DNA from: Dimorphilus gyrociliatus | Taxonomy: Eukaryota > Animalia > Annelida | Length of the DNA: 64,000 nucleotides | Assembly (NCBI GenBank): GCA_904063045.1 | Contig: CAJFCJ010000007.1 | Location: 2,177,404-2,241,403, forward strand | Direction of reading: 5' to 3' | Shown: positions 11,861 to 24,765 of the stretch, in pieces | Position numbering within the stretch: the first letter of the stretch is position 1 | Layout: every line of letters begins with the position of its first letter | Notes under the pieces: model-generated | What the model was told of the DNA's origin: nothing | Seen by the model: only the letters and a program-made list of their open reading frames with translations | The model's database searches: none | Program-made: the position numbers and the translations under genes

Positions 11861-14800
11861 ATGAAGTTTAGCGGATTAGCCGTTGTCCTTTCATTCTTTA
11901 CAAGTTCCGTGGTCGATAGTGAGAAACTAGGTAAATATGCAAGAGCACGCTTGAAGGGTATTCGTCATACAAAAAATTTCATGCTTACTATAAATCATTC
12001 GTATATATGAGTATTTATATAAATATAACGTATCTGTCTATATACTTTTACGTTTGTAAGCATAAGTATAAATCTAATATAGATATGTATTCTATGTATT
12101 TATGTATACTATATACAGTATATATATAATGTAGATGGTGTGATTGTATTTAATAAATATCATCTATAAATTGTACAACATGCGCATACGTGCCATTCTA
12201 TTATAATTGTAACGGCTTATATGTACACTACATGAATGATATGTGAGCGAGTATAGGACTACTGTGTTTATACGTATACAAGAATCTAACAGTTTATCAC
12301 TGTGTCCGTTAACCTGTGATTTTAAGCGTAAAATTAATATAATTGTTTATGTATAACTATCTTCTGTGTTTATTGAATATGTATAATGATAATTACATAT
12401 ACATAGGGTCTTCGGCGCAAGTATATATTGTATTAGCACTTTTTGTACTACCAAACGACTCCTTTATTGTTCGATTGTACTGAGTTTGTAAGGTGACGTG
12501 TCAGGTGACTATTTACCGTTAGACGCTTGTTCTATTCTATTCCCATCTCGTCTTCCGTCCTGCTCCTTATTGATATATATATTTGGTAGTAAATTATAGG
12601 TTTATTGGCGGTTTTTTATATTTGACCGCTGCCGCACGAGTTTAATTTATAGAATCGATAAATTACCTGCTTTTAGTAGAATAATATACGACCGTTCAAT
12701 ACGACAAACAAATGCCGCGGCGTCGTTTGTAAAACGATTTAAAGAGCCGAAAAAAAGTTTTCTTTTCATCCCTTTTTCGCTTTTTATTTACACTCTATCA
12801 TTTGGCGGTTTATGAAACGGAATAGGAGAAAGAGGCAGAAGAGCAAAGAGAGTAGAATGATAGAAAGACAAAAAAAAAGAAAAAAAGAGGCGGTGAGTTG
12901 GCAAGAAAAAACGCCTTGTATGCGTATAGTACATGCACTATAAGCATATGTATATACAACAGTATGTGTGTATGTGCCTATGTGTGCGTGTATATATGTG
13001 TGTGTGTGTCTGTATATATGAGTATTTATGCATAAATAGACACAAGGATGTAAAATGAATCACGCCTCTTTATACGTGTTATTTTAATAATTTTTGACTA
13101 TTACCCTTTTCTTGAAGATCGCTAAAAGGCCTAATCTAACCGGAAACCTATAAAATAGAATGAGTTACGTCCTCTTATACACTTAACTAATCTGATTACT
13201 ATGCCGCAGGTGAAATCCCAGGTGTAAAATCTGATTACTTCTACACATGTGTCTTGACGCCGTTTCGTGAGAGCAGATCATATAATAATAACTAACGAAC
13301 AAAAGAAAACGCCAATCCACCGCTGTAAAAAACAATAGTTCAAACAGAAAAGCTGCCGCGTTCCACATCGATTAACTATATAGACGCGCGTTTTATGTAT
13401 ATAGAGACGTTTACATGAATTATAACTCCTTCTAACTATTAAAAGATTCCAGGAACGGATAAGTAAAACGATAAAAACAAAAATATAGTAGTAAGTTAAA
13501 AGAAATTAACCTAGATAAAAAAAGGGGACAGCTAAGGACAAAAAAAAACAGCTAGAAGTAGTAGATAGGACATAATGGAAAATTGTTGGACGTGGCAATG
13601 ATTTTTCGATCCGACACTAATTACTATACTCACTCGGTCATTTCGATTTTTTTTTCGTACGTAACTATGCATATAGTTTATATATATATATATATATATT
13701 ATAGACTAAATCGCAGCATTTTCTTTCCCTCTCTCCCACTCCCTCCTTCTCGCTCCTTCCCCATCTCCTTCTCCTCCTTTATTTTCTAATCTTTACATAG
13801 TTTATAATGTTCGATGTGTCCTTTATAATCTGTATTTAGTGCAAAAAAAATTTGATACGACTTACGTGCTTTGTAAAGTATAAACTATTAAACTATGCTC
13901 GATATAGTTGGAACAAAGAACCCTGACTATTGGTGTTAACGAGCTAAACATTTCATGCATATGTACTGTTATGATATTATAGAAGGGGAAAATGTAAATG
14001 CTTTTATCCGTACAATATTGAAGTAACAGGTGTTTACCTTTTAATTCATTTTTGTTTTTTTTTCTCTCTCTCTCTTTATTCAACTCTTCATTTCTTCCCT
14101 AGCCTGCCTGTCTCTTATGGCTATTTTATTATTAGTTTTTTGTTTGCTCTTTGCTATTTTCTTTTTTCTTTCTTTCTTTCTTTTTGTTTTGCTGCGCCAT
14201 TACGTCTTGTCTTGCCAAAGTCCCTGTATCCTTTTAAAATGACTTTTCCCAGATCTCCCAAAATGCGAACTTTGCGTGCGATTAAAAGATGGAAAAAGAG
14301 AAGAGGAAGTTAATTAAGATATTTACTTCTTTCGTGCTTTACTAGTTGCCTTAGAAGAGAAAAAAAATCTAGGAAAAAGTGTCTTGTCTGTGACAGCGTT
14401 TCGCTCTTTTTCTCCTCGTATTGCACTTATATGTCGTCTTCTTATAAATGCGACGGGGCCCCAAATAGCGGAATGACGAGAAAATTGGTACGCGACCTAT
14501 AAAAAGATTGCTGTGGTTAATAAGTGTTAAATGCCAGACGTTGGAAACGTATCTAAAATGAATTCTTTAAGCCGTCTTATGTAGGAAGGAAATGATGTGT
14601 CGTGGCGCGTTAGAGAGATGCAGAGCAGAAACGTGACCGGAGGCCTTAATCAACTGGTGGTAGTAGGGGGTAGTTGAGCCAAAGGGTTGGGAGGAAGGGG
14701 ATACGAGGGCAAGTTTTGATAAAATTTATTTAAAAACCACCAGTCTCCTGTCACTAGCCAAATAAAATATATACAGCGACAAACTAATTACTAATTCACT

Positions 14801-16924
14801 TATCATTATTATTTATTATATTATTCTGTTTATATATATATTTTCTTTTTCTCTCTTTATTTATAAAGAAGAAATTTGTGCACTCGACCAGTCGAGAATC
14901 GAGTGCGGCAACGCAATCATCCTTATCGAACGAGCGCAAATCGGCATAATTCGATCGGGAAAATGCAAAACTGAAAGGCACGACGTTAACTGCATCAGAA
15001 ACATTACGGATAGTCTTCAAAGCCGTTGTTCCGGTAGAAAACATTGCAGAGATCAGATCGATATGACTGAGTTGGTAGGGCGCGGTTTGCCCCGAAATTG
15101 TGTTACGGATCCTAAAATTAAGAGGGAAATGGTGCTAAGTGTTCGCTACCGATGCTTGCCGGTCGAAGCGGATTGCAACTCCTATTTGCCTTATAAGGAT
15201 TTATATTTCGAAAAAGGCGAAAGTAGGACTATTTCTTCCCTCAACTCCAAATGCAAATGGCGTTTACATTCTAGCAGCGATCGTGGTATATTAGTAACCA
15301 TACGAGCTTTTCCCAGAGAAGTTGGAGGAAAGGTTGGCTGTGGTACAGTAAAGGCCGAAGAAGCTGACTGGTTGGTAGAAGCTTGTGAAGAGAAATCTAA
15401 ACTTTTCTTCGATCAACAACTAACGCTCTCCATTTCCGATCCGAATAAACGGGCTTTCATACTTTTTATTAACGGTTTAGTATTACTTTTCTTATGTTTT
15501 CTTACAAAAAAAAACAATTACTTTAGTAGGAAAATAACAATTCATTTGTACTTGTTTTAAAAAAAAAATGTAAATAAAGGGGAAAATAATAAAAGGGGAA
15601 TAAAGGGCTAAAGAAGAGAGAGAGAGAATACGCGCAGACAATATAAGGGAATTAAAAGAAAAACTATTAAAAATGTATATAGGGAAGAGAGAGAGAGAGA
15701 GGGGGGAGCGAGAGGAGAGCGTAATTTACTAACCGCTTGCGCCATCTTTCAGATTCGTGCCCTAAGCCGGTGGCGCCGAAGAACGGGTGGATTATACACG
15801 AGAAGCAGAGACCGGATGTTGTTTGGTACAGATGTAACTCATCCAGCACAATATCTTGGAGAATGGACTGCAAAGACGGTAAATGGATTAATCCGGATGG
15901 TAAAAGGGTCGAATGCCCAAAAAATGAACGTTAGTAATTGCCATCTTTCTAGACTAGCATTGCAGTTTGCTGATTTGCTATGCATACAAATATATATATA
16001 TATAGAAATATATATTCTATGCAATGTACGAATATATATACGGTATATATAATTATATATGGTGTGCCATGGATATTCCCTCGTCCCTTTAAAAATTGAT
16101 TACTTCTAATATTTATTTAGCATAAATACAGTGAAAATTATCTGAAAATTTTGTATTTATAGATTCCGCAGAAGATTTAACGGACGAAGATATTTGGTCA
16201 TATCTACCTCATGGCATTTGGATAGCCATCATACTAGGCTCTGCACTTATCATATCTGTCACCATCTTAACAGTTGGACTAGTCATGCTCAGAAGGTTTT
16301 ATATTTATTTATAACAGCTATTTACATATTCTTTCGCCTTTTTACTCCGATTAATCTTAAGTATGTTATTAACGTTCTTGATCCTCTTATTTTACCTTCA
16401 GACAAAGAGAGAAGGCGGAATTATTGAGGAGACAATTACAAATGAGAGATTTACCGTCCCTCCCTCCACCTGGGCACGTTCACAAAGCCTTAGGTGTTCA
16501 CACCCTATCAAAACATAAACATAGGAGAGAGGATGCTGAAGCAACTCAGCCTCTTTACACACATCCTCCCCAGCAAATGGTACTACGGAAATTACCAACG
16601 CCACCTACAACTAATCAACGTCGGCAGCTGCTCTCCCAATACAATAGAGATAAATCGGCTAACGATAACACCTGCTACTTTGAATTAGAACCAAAACAAG
16701 TGCGAACCTTGCCTCTAAAACATTCAAAGAAAACTGAGGTGGTCAGGGATATACAAGAGGCGGAAGACGTGGATACAGATTACGAGCAATCGACTTGCTC
16801 TTCGCTAGAAATATGCGGTTGTGACAGGGGTCAATGGGGAACTGACTGCTGTATGCAGAGAGACAAAAACTTTGCTTTAGAGAAGCATATGCGATCAGCT
16901 AGGGAAAACAAATACAGTGAATAG
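11861..16924 (+). CDS. Type I membrane receptor paralog B (SUEL-CUB-sushi-TM); exons 11861-11930, 14869-15474, 15753-15929, 16163-16295, 16402-16924
   Basis: Leader MKFSGLAVVLSFFTSSVVDSEKL joins in phase to EEICALDQSRIECGNAIILIERAQIG...LQSRCSGRKHC...VRYRCL. Sushi-like SCPKPVAPKNGW...DCKDGKW, TM LPHGIWIAIILGSALIISVTILTVGLVML, tail with YFELEP. Confidence 0.82.
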
Positions 16925-17212
16925 TGTATAGAATTTATACATATAAACACTGTATGCTTATACATATATACATGTATATACTGTATGTACATATATATAT
17001 ATATATATACTATTAATTACGAACATTTGTAATTATGGATTGACTGATAATTTAGTAATTTTGCATAATGTACTCTATTGTACATAAATAATCATATCAC
17101 GACTCAATTTGCTCATTTTTACGCCTTTCATCATTCATCTATCATATGGTTCATACATTCATATCACTGTTGGATAATTGTAAAAATAATATGCTCTGTA
17201 CAAAAAAAACAA

Positions 17213-17233
17213 ATATATATATATATATGTATA

Positions 17234-17267
<34 letters not shown>
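17213..17267 (+). repeat. Imperfect (TA)n microsatellite
   Basis: Long TA run with few interruptions, in the paralog B/C intergenic region. Confidence 0.9.
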
Positions 17268-17270
<3 letters not shown>

Positions 17271-18568
17271 TATATAGATAAATATGATATATACAGTAGA
17301 TACTGTATATACTGTATATATTTATACTGTATATAGTGAAACATTCCCTCGATATAGATTAAATTCATCGAATCTATTTAAAGCCTTAAATTCGTTAAAT
17401 GCTTACTATATATCTTTGGCTAAGATTATAGAGAGAAGGAAGAAAAGTTTGTCACCTGTAATTAGATTTTTCTATAAACTTTGTTCTATAATTTATTATA
17501 TAATTACTTGTTAATGTTGAAAATTAATGAGATAAAAAGAAACGTTTTTATAAAGGATATGTATTGTTGTAGACCTAAATAATTAAATAGTTGGTAGCTG
17601 TTTTAGAAAATGAAAAAAATGAGTCACTTAAAAAAAGTCCTCTTCCTTTTTCCCTGTTTCTTTTATACTTCTTTCTTTCTTTCTCTCTCTCCCTCTCTCT
17701 CTCTCCCCCCCCTCTCTCTCTCTCTCTTCTTTTCTTTTCTTTTTTTTCCCACTCAGATCGACTCGCCATATTCTTTTTTTGCTCTTGTGCCAAATTGTTG
17801 AATAGGAAAGTCTATTTATTTGTAAATAAATTAAAGGGGAAGTTTGCACGAAAATTCAAGATCAATTAGGTGTTTAAAGACTCATTAGTTTTTTCGGCTT
17901 AATTTCTTTTTGTTAGCAACTGTAATAATCCAATAAAATACTTATTTTTCAAGCTGTTTTTATGTTTATCTGGATAAATTCATTTACAAATATTCACAAT
18001 ATCTATTATTAATAACATTAACAGAATGAACTTGTTGAAAGTATGAATGGCGCTGATTTATAGTGTAATAGTAGGATTACGTAAAAATGTATAGTGTGTA
18101 TGTACAGTAAACTGTCAGCAGTAAATACTATTTAAGATTACGACCTTATTCAATATTAATATAACATTGTACAGGTTAATAAATAACACTGTTTTCTAAA
18201 GCTAAATGAATGAATTTTTGAAATTCTTTGAAAGAAAAGAAGGTTAAAAGATTGAGGCTAATAAACAAGTTTATTGTAATAGGAAATGAAGCAAGGACAT
18301 AGTAGGAGAATTTTGCAGTAGAAGCACGCATGCGCATTGCCCGTCGAATCATTGATCGTTTTCGGTTGTGCTGTGTGCACGAGCTTGTTAGAATTCTGCT
18401 AGCACCGCATAAACTTGGCCTTTCGCACCAACTGCTTACAGCGGATACGATATGCGAAAGTACATTTCTTAACTACTTCCGTTCTTTTTTTCATCTACTT
18501 TTCCGGACATTCCCCTCCTCCCTTCCCACTCCGCAAAAACATTCACAAACGGACGCCATGCTATCATT

Positions 18569-19458
18569 ATGATTCTTCAATGCATCTTCCTGGCAATCTT
18601 CAGCCGAACGTTTGCAACCGATTCATCAATAGAAAAAGGTAAAAATTAGACCATATTCAATCGGTGACCGCCTGATATGTCACGTGTTTTATGTGGATAA
18701 ATCTACCCTGAGAATGAATGGGAATGTGACGGCAAAGACTAAGAATATGAGTAAAAGAAAAAAGGCTACATACAATGAGCAGGGAGAGAGAGAGAGAGAG
18801 AGAGAGAATGGAAGAATAAGAAAAAGGTTGAAAGGGTGGGTATGAAAGATAGAGGAGTAAGAAAAGGACAGAGTAGGATAGAGAGAATATGTCTGTACTA
18901 ACAAAAAGAGGGAGTATGAGTGAAAGAGTGAAAGAAAGAGTAAAGAGAAACGATCTCTTCTGACGACTTATTACTTTATATTGTAGACTATATATATAAG
19001 ATATATAAGAAATTATTGATTTTTTTTACCGGTGCGGGAAAATTTGTTTCCACAGTGTAAATTCTAAAATATACCTTATAAACACATATAAAACTGTCAT
19101 CGAACAAACAAATAATAATTCCCCCCCACCCTTTTTTCCAACCCCCTTCCCCCCTCCCGACAGACTAGGCCATGTCTGCATGCTACAGCAAATTGATTGC
19201 AGTTTTTTCCTCTCTGCATCAATCGAGTAAGCGCGCCCGATTATATATCGGATCGATCCGAATGAACTTTAAGAAAAAGCAACGGTGTTTTCAATTTAAA
19301 TGCCATTAGTTCGGCAAGCTAATTCGAGATTTAAGCTTTTCCATACGTCGATATTCAATACAAGGTCCGATGGGCGATTGTATATGTGTACATACTTATA
19401 TACATACATACACACATGCATACATGCTTTCGTCTATACATATACACTATATATACAG

Positions 19459-19491
<33 letters not shown>

Positions 19492-19689
19492 TCTATACCT
19501 GTTTTTGCAAGCGTATTTGTACCGCCAACAGGCATTAACATACAAAAGAATACATACGAATTTATTTCACAAAAGCATATATAGTAAACTCATTTATATT
19601 TGTTTATCTGTATACACTGTATAAATCTTTATATATGTAGACAAAAAGCTACAGAGTAATATCATAAAAGACTGAAAGAAAGTGAGAAA

Positions 19690-19724
<35 letters not shown>

Positions 19725-22292
19725 AGGGGGAAGGGAAGGGAGGAAAGGAGAAAGAGAGTTATATAATACTATGTAAATAATAATACAGTAGCGTGCTAAA
19801 TAAATTACAGTACCTCTGTCTTTTTTTTTGGGGCAGAAAAAGCTTGCCTTTTGAATTCTAGAACAAGAAAATTATTGTTTTGCTATTCTGAGATTTATAG
19901 AGAGTATAATAGAGGAAAATCTTTATAGACTATTGAGACAATAATTGTCTTATACCGATATTAAGCTTATTAGCAAATTATGGCTTGATAAATTAGACAT
20001 TGACCCTTCTTAGTCATACCATATAATAGCATAATATCTTTTATTACACATAGTTGTTTTTGCTTGTTCTTTTTATACGTGTAATATATACATATGTATA
20101 TGTATATATACTGTATATATACGACTTGAGGTGTATACTGTATATAGTCGATTATGCTATTTATACATATATGGTTCACAAGATTGTTAGTAAATTAAAT
20201 ATAGATAATTCTATTTAAAGTATTCAGTTATATAGTATATATATACATTTTTTTCTTATAAAACAATTTGCTTCTCCTACCGATATACGGCTTATCAGCG
20301 ATTCGATCAAATCGTGCCGATAATACGAGAAAGAACACACCATTACGCCAGATAAACAAACTTTTTCCGGGTGCAATTTTATACGAAATATAAAAAGCTT
20401 ACGAAATTTATAAACTTTAGTCGAATTTAATGTAAATAGTTGTAAAAAAGAGAGAGAGAGAGAGAGAAAAGAGCGAATGAATGAGAAAAAAGAGCTTATC
20501 TCTGTCAAATATAGATAAAATGACATGCATAATTTGTTTGGTGTGCAGTCTTGTATAATAACCATAATTGTATAAGTTACATAGGCATTTATTGTCGACA
20601 TAAAAAAGGCGTTCAATAATCGATTGAGCGTTCATTCAATCTCAGCACGATCGACAAATTGCCATCATAAAAATCATGCCTTTTTTCTTATCGAACAGGC
20701 TTGTTTTGTCAAGCAGAAAAACTAAAAATAGGCTGCCCAAAAGGAACAGTTATCATCGTCGAAAGAGCAAGATATGGAAGATTTCCGCAATACCATGAGA
20801 ATGAAAAATGCATAGGGAAAACTAATGTTCCATGTACCTCTGATGAACGTTATCGTGTTGATATTCTTAAAAAGATAACAGTGACTTGTACGGGTAATCG
20901 AACATGTGAAAACTTTGTTTCCTACTTTACTGAAGATGTTAAAGGTGGAGGACCTTGTGGAGTAGGCTATTCCCATGTTCTCTATGTATGGTGGAGGTGC
21001 GTTCCGGAGAGGAATGAAAGATGCGGTGCGGAGAAGGTTGGACATTTGGAAGTACCCGGTTATTTAGTATTTGGAAAGTCAAGACATCAACGTGACGCGT
21101 GTAAGAAATGGATAATTGAAGCACCAAGCAAGAAGATTAATTTTACTTTATATACTGGATTTGAACCTAAATTCGACCGTGATTCCTGTATTAACTTTAT
21201 GAAATTCTCTGAAGCCCATAGTAAATCTGTTATTAGTAGGAAAGAGGCTGAGCAGGTTCGCCTCTGCCAAAACGACGTCGAAAAGCCAGATAGATACCCC
21301 ATCTGGTCTAATATTTATAAATCCGATTCAAATAGGGTCGAAGTGGAATTAGAAAGAGACAGCAAGTTTATACTACGCTTTACTAGCTATGGCTGTGGTA
21401 AATTGAAAGCACCAGATGGCGTTTGGGTTCAATACGGAGTTGGTGGAGATGACGATTCAGCGCAAGCGGGATGTGACCGTGAGCAAAAAAGTCCCAGATG
21501 GTTTCTCATGTGTTCGAAGGACGGTGAATGGTCAGGTGCAATTGGTAAGTGTGTCGATACGCCAGACACATTGGAAAGTAAACTTCATGATATATTCGAT
21601 TCGCTGCCGGACGGCATTTGGATATCGATTATCCTTGGAGCAGCTATAGTTATATCGGCTATTATACTTACGATCGGCTTAGTTTGCCTTAAGAGGTTAG
21701 TATTGAACATTTTCCTTTAAAATATCCTCTATTGTAGTTAAAGATAAACACAAACGTCTCTAATACCTTCTTCAAACGTAGGCAAAAACTCCAAATGCCA
21801 AATGGAGTGTACGCCGATGGTCAAGTTTATTATGAAGCTGCTCCAAAAGCTGGAGGACAAAATGCTGAGCAGTACAATAGAAGCCAAGGTTCAGGGTCTG
21901 TAGAAAATGAATACAGCTGCGTCCACGATGCCATTCCCCCTGGCTCTACTTACTGCACTCCTCGCGATAGCATAGCACCAAAACAAGGCTACTATGCAAT
22001 GCAACATAGACCCTATTACGGACCACCTCGTAGGGTTTCCACTCATTTCCAACCTGATTATGATTCAACAGCTCCGCAATACTTTGAACTCGACCCGAAT
22101 CTTGTGCAATCGGGAACTACGAGTAGATCTACTTGTCCAGCCTGCCAAACAGGCACTCTTCCAACAAGACCGCGTACGAAACACAGGAGAAATTCTACCG
22201 GTCGAAAATCTGCAAGACCAGCTAGTCCAATACCACCAGAAGCTGTTGGAGACGGAACTGGAGCAGATTTAAATCAATCATCATCGGCTTGA
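18569..22292 (+). CDS. Type I membrane receptor paralog C (SUEL-CUB-sushi-TM); exons 18569-18638, 20699-21695, 21782-22292
   Basis: Leader MILQCIFLAIFSRTFATDSSIEK joins in phase to GLFCQAEKLKIGC...IVERARYGR...CTGNRTC...WWRCV (SUEL), CKKWIIEAPSKKINFTL...YKSDSNRVEVEL (CUB) and GCGKLKAPDGVW...CSKDGEWSG (sushi). TM LPDGIWISIILGAAIVISAIILTIGLVCL, tail YFELDP. Confidence 0.85.
19692..19745 (+). repeat. (GA)n microsatellite followed by G-runs (potential G-quadruplex)
   Basis: AGAGAG... then G11-A-G5-AA-G3-AA-G3. Confidence 0.75.
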
Positions 22293-24765
22293 CTTTCGTT
22301 AAGAGATAATTTCTATTTTTTATATGCATTAAAAAAATTCAACAAAAATAAGAAATTCAAACATTTAGATTTCAATGAAAACAGAAAACTTTCTTTCATA
22401 TAAAATGATTTTTATTCAAGACGGAACAAGCAAAAAGATTAATATATATATATATAACATTGCTGTTTCTTTTTTTTATTAAAAAAAAACAAAATCTTTT
22501 GTACTGAAAAAAAAATAAAACAAATAAATTAATTTTAAATAGACGTATATAGAAGGAAGCTAGGAAGAGAGAGAGAGAGAGAGAAAGAGAGAGAAAGAGA
22601 GAAAAAAAGAAAGAAAGAAAGAATGGGAATAAGAGTGGGAGAGACAGAGACAGAGAGAAAGAAATATGAGAGAGGAGTAAAAAAAATGCAAATTGAGGAA
22701 AAAGTCGTACTAAGGAAATCAATTAATTAAAGATAAACATGTTTTTTAAAGTTAATATTTTGAAAAATGAAAGAAAAAAAAAGGATTCCTAAAGAACTAA
22801 TTATCCTGGAAAATTAAGAGATAAAATTTATCTTTTCTATTAAAGTATGATAAAATACGGGTTTAAGAGAAGCTTAACTCTAAATTCAAAAAGATTGATT
22901 AATTAGGATAAAATGCTATAGACATACGTCTGAAAGAATGTAAACACTACAAGTTTCTGTAGTCAGGAATATATATATATATATATATATACTTTGTTTC
23001 TGATATTTTTCATGTCAAACTCTTGCAAATGGTGCGTATAGAATTGTTTACAGCTGTTACGTATTTAAACTAAAAAAGAAACTGATCATATACAAATATA
23101 AATTATAGTATACTTTCTTTTATTTATATAGATATGGATACGCAAAATATTGTAGGCGTATATACATTTATCCCTATGAACTATATACATTTACATACTA
23201 TATATATATATATATATACGGTATATTGTATATTCATTCATTCAATTCTGTTTTATATAATAATAGTAACACATTGACAATATCTACAAATATGAAAGCT
23301 AGTTGTGGAGGATTAACAGTAAAATAATAATTTTTATTGAACTTGGTGAAAAATTACCTTTCCGCATGAAAGAATAATAAATATACGACTGGGATTAGCT
23401 ACCATAGTAATGAAGAGCAGCCATATAAATGCCTAAAAGAGAAATGTTTTTGACCCTACCAATTCCCAATACCCACCATCTCCCGCCCCCTTTACTCTCC
23501 CGCTTCACCGCTTTCAATTCTCTATACGCTTTCTTTATATCTATATTCTCAATCTCTATCCCACCTACTCCCAGTCTTTTATCCTCTCTTTTCAGACATG
23601 CTCTCCATCAACTACACTTTATAGTTTGTAAATTTTATCATAGTTCTTAACGCCATCTACCGGTTGAATACACTGTATAAAGTTCTTTTTTGGAATTATT
23701 ATTCATTTTAATATGATTTAATTATTGTCTGCCTTATAAACGAAAAAAAAGTATGCTTATCAAGCGTCACCTGAATGACCACATTCAACAAGACTCTATT
23801 GAGAAAGATTTCAAGATAAGCTTGAGAATATTTTATGAGCATTTTGTAAATATTCATATACACGTTCCGAAAGAGTTAGAGTTTCCTGCCAATGCTTTTT
23901 ATTATGATCATCTTATGCCTAATGAGTCCTTTTTAATCATAACTGTAATGAAACTTTTAGGCTTGCCATTGCAAAAGTTCGTAATTACTTATCAATGAAA
24001 TCTTCATTCTTATAGTGAGGCGAATCTAACTTTATATATACAGAATTGTACACATAAAGAGTAAATATGATACTTAACAATTGAAAAGAAGGGTATCAGT
24101 TGTCCTTTTAACCGACTTTGTAAAGGTTATCAAAAGCGAATGTTGTAGTTTGCAATTTGAGTTCTTCTTCTCCCCTTGTCACAATAACAAGAGGAAGAAA
24201 GCGTTTTTGTAAGTTAACAATTCTTTCTTCGAAATTTTCTGCTAAATATTTTTTATTCATTCTTAAAAATATTTTCATTACAAAAGAGCAGGAAACTCCA
24301 TAAATTTTGGATAGATGACAATCAACATAAGATTAGGAGAATGTACAATGATAAGCAAGTAACAATCAAAAGATAACAAACAAAAACAATCCTTTCTTCT
24401 TTGTTTTTTGTTCCAGTTGAATTTATAAATTATTACAAATGTATTGAGCAAATATTTTAACAATAAAGCATTTACAAGTCTTCAATATTGGACTAATTTT
24501 TTGACTTTTTATTCCATCCTTCGAATATTTTTTGGTTGTCAGTTGTATTCATCAACAGGATGACGACATATATCGTAAAGTGATATTGATATTATCCTTT
24601 TTATCTACTTGAAATATTAACGTTGGAAAGTTCATTTTCAGATTAAAATTATTAATTTTTAAAATATTTAGCCCAAATTCGAAAGAGGCCAACACAAAAG
24701 AAGGTTACTAGACATTCTGTCTAATTTATATCGGCTTCTTGCTTTCCTCTCACTTTTTATTTCTC

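Noticed and set aside
13183-13368. 61-aa minus-strand ORF in intron 1 of paralog B
   Set aside because: No splice or homology support; its internal repeat is better explained as the P3/E-box DNA module.
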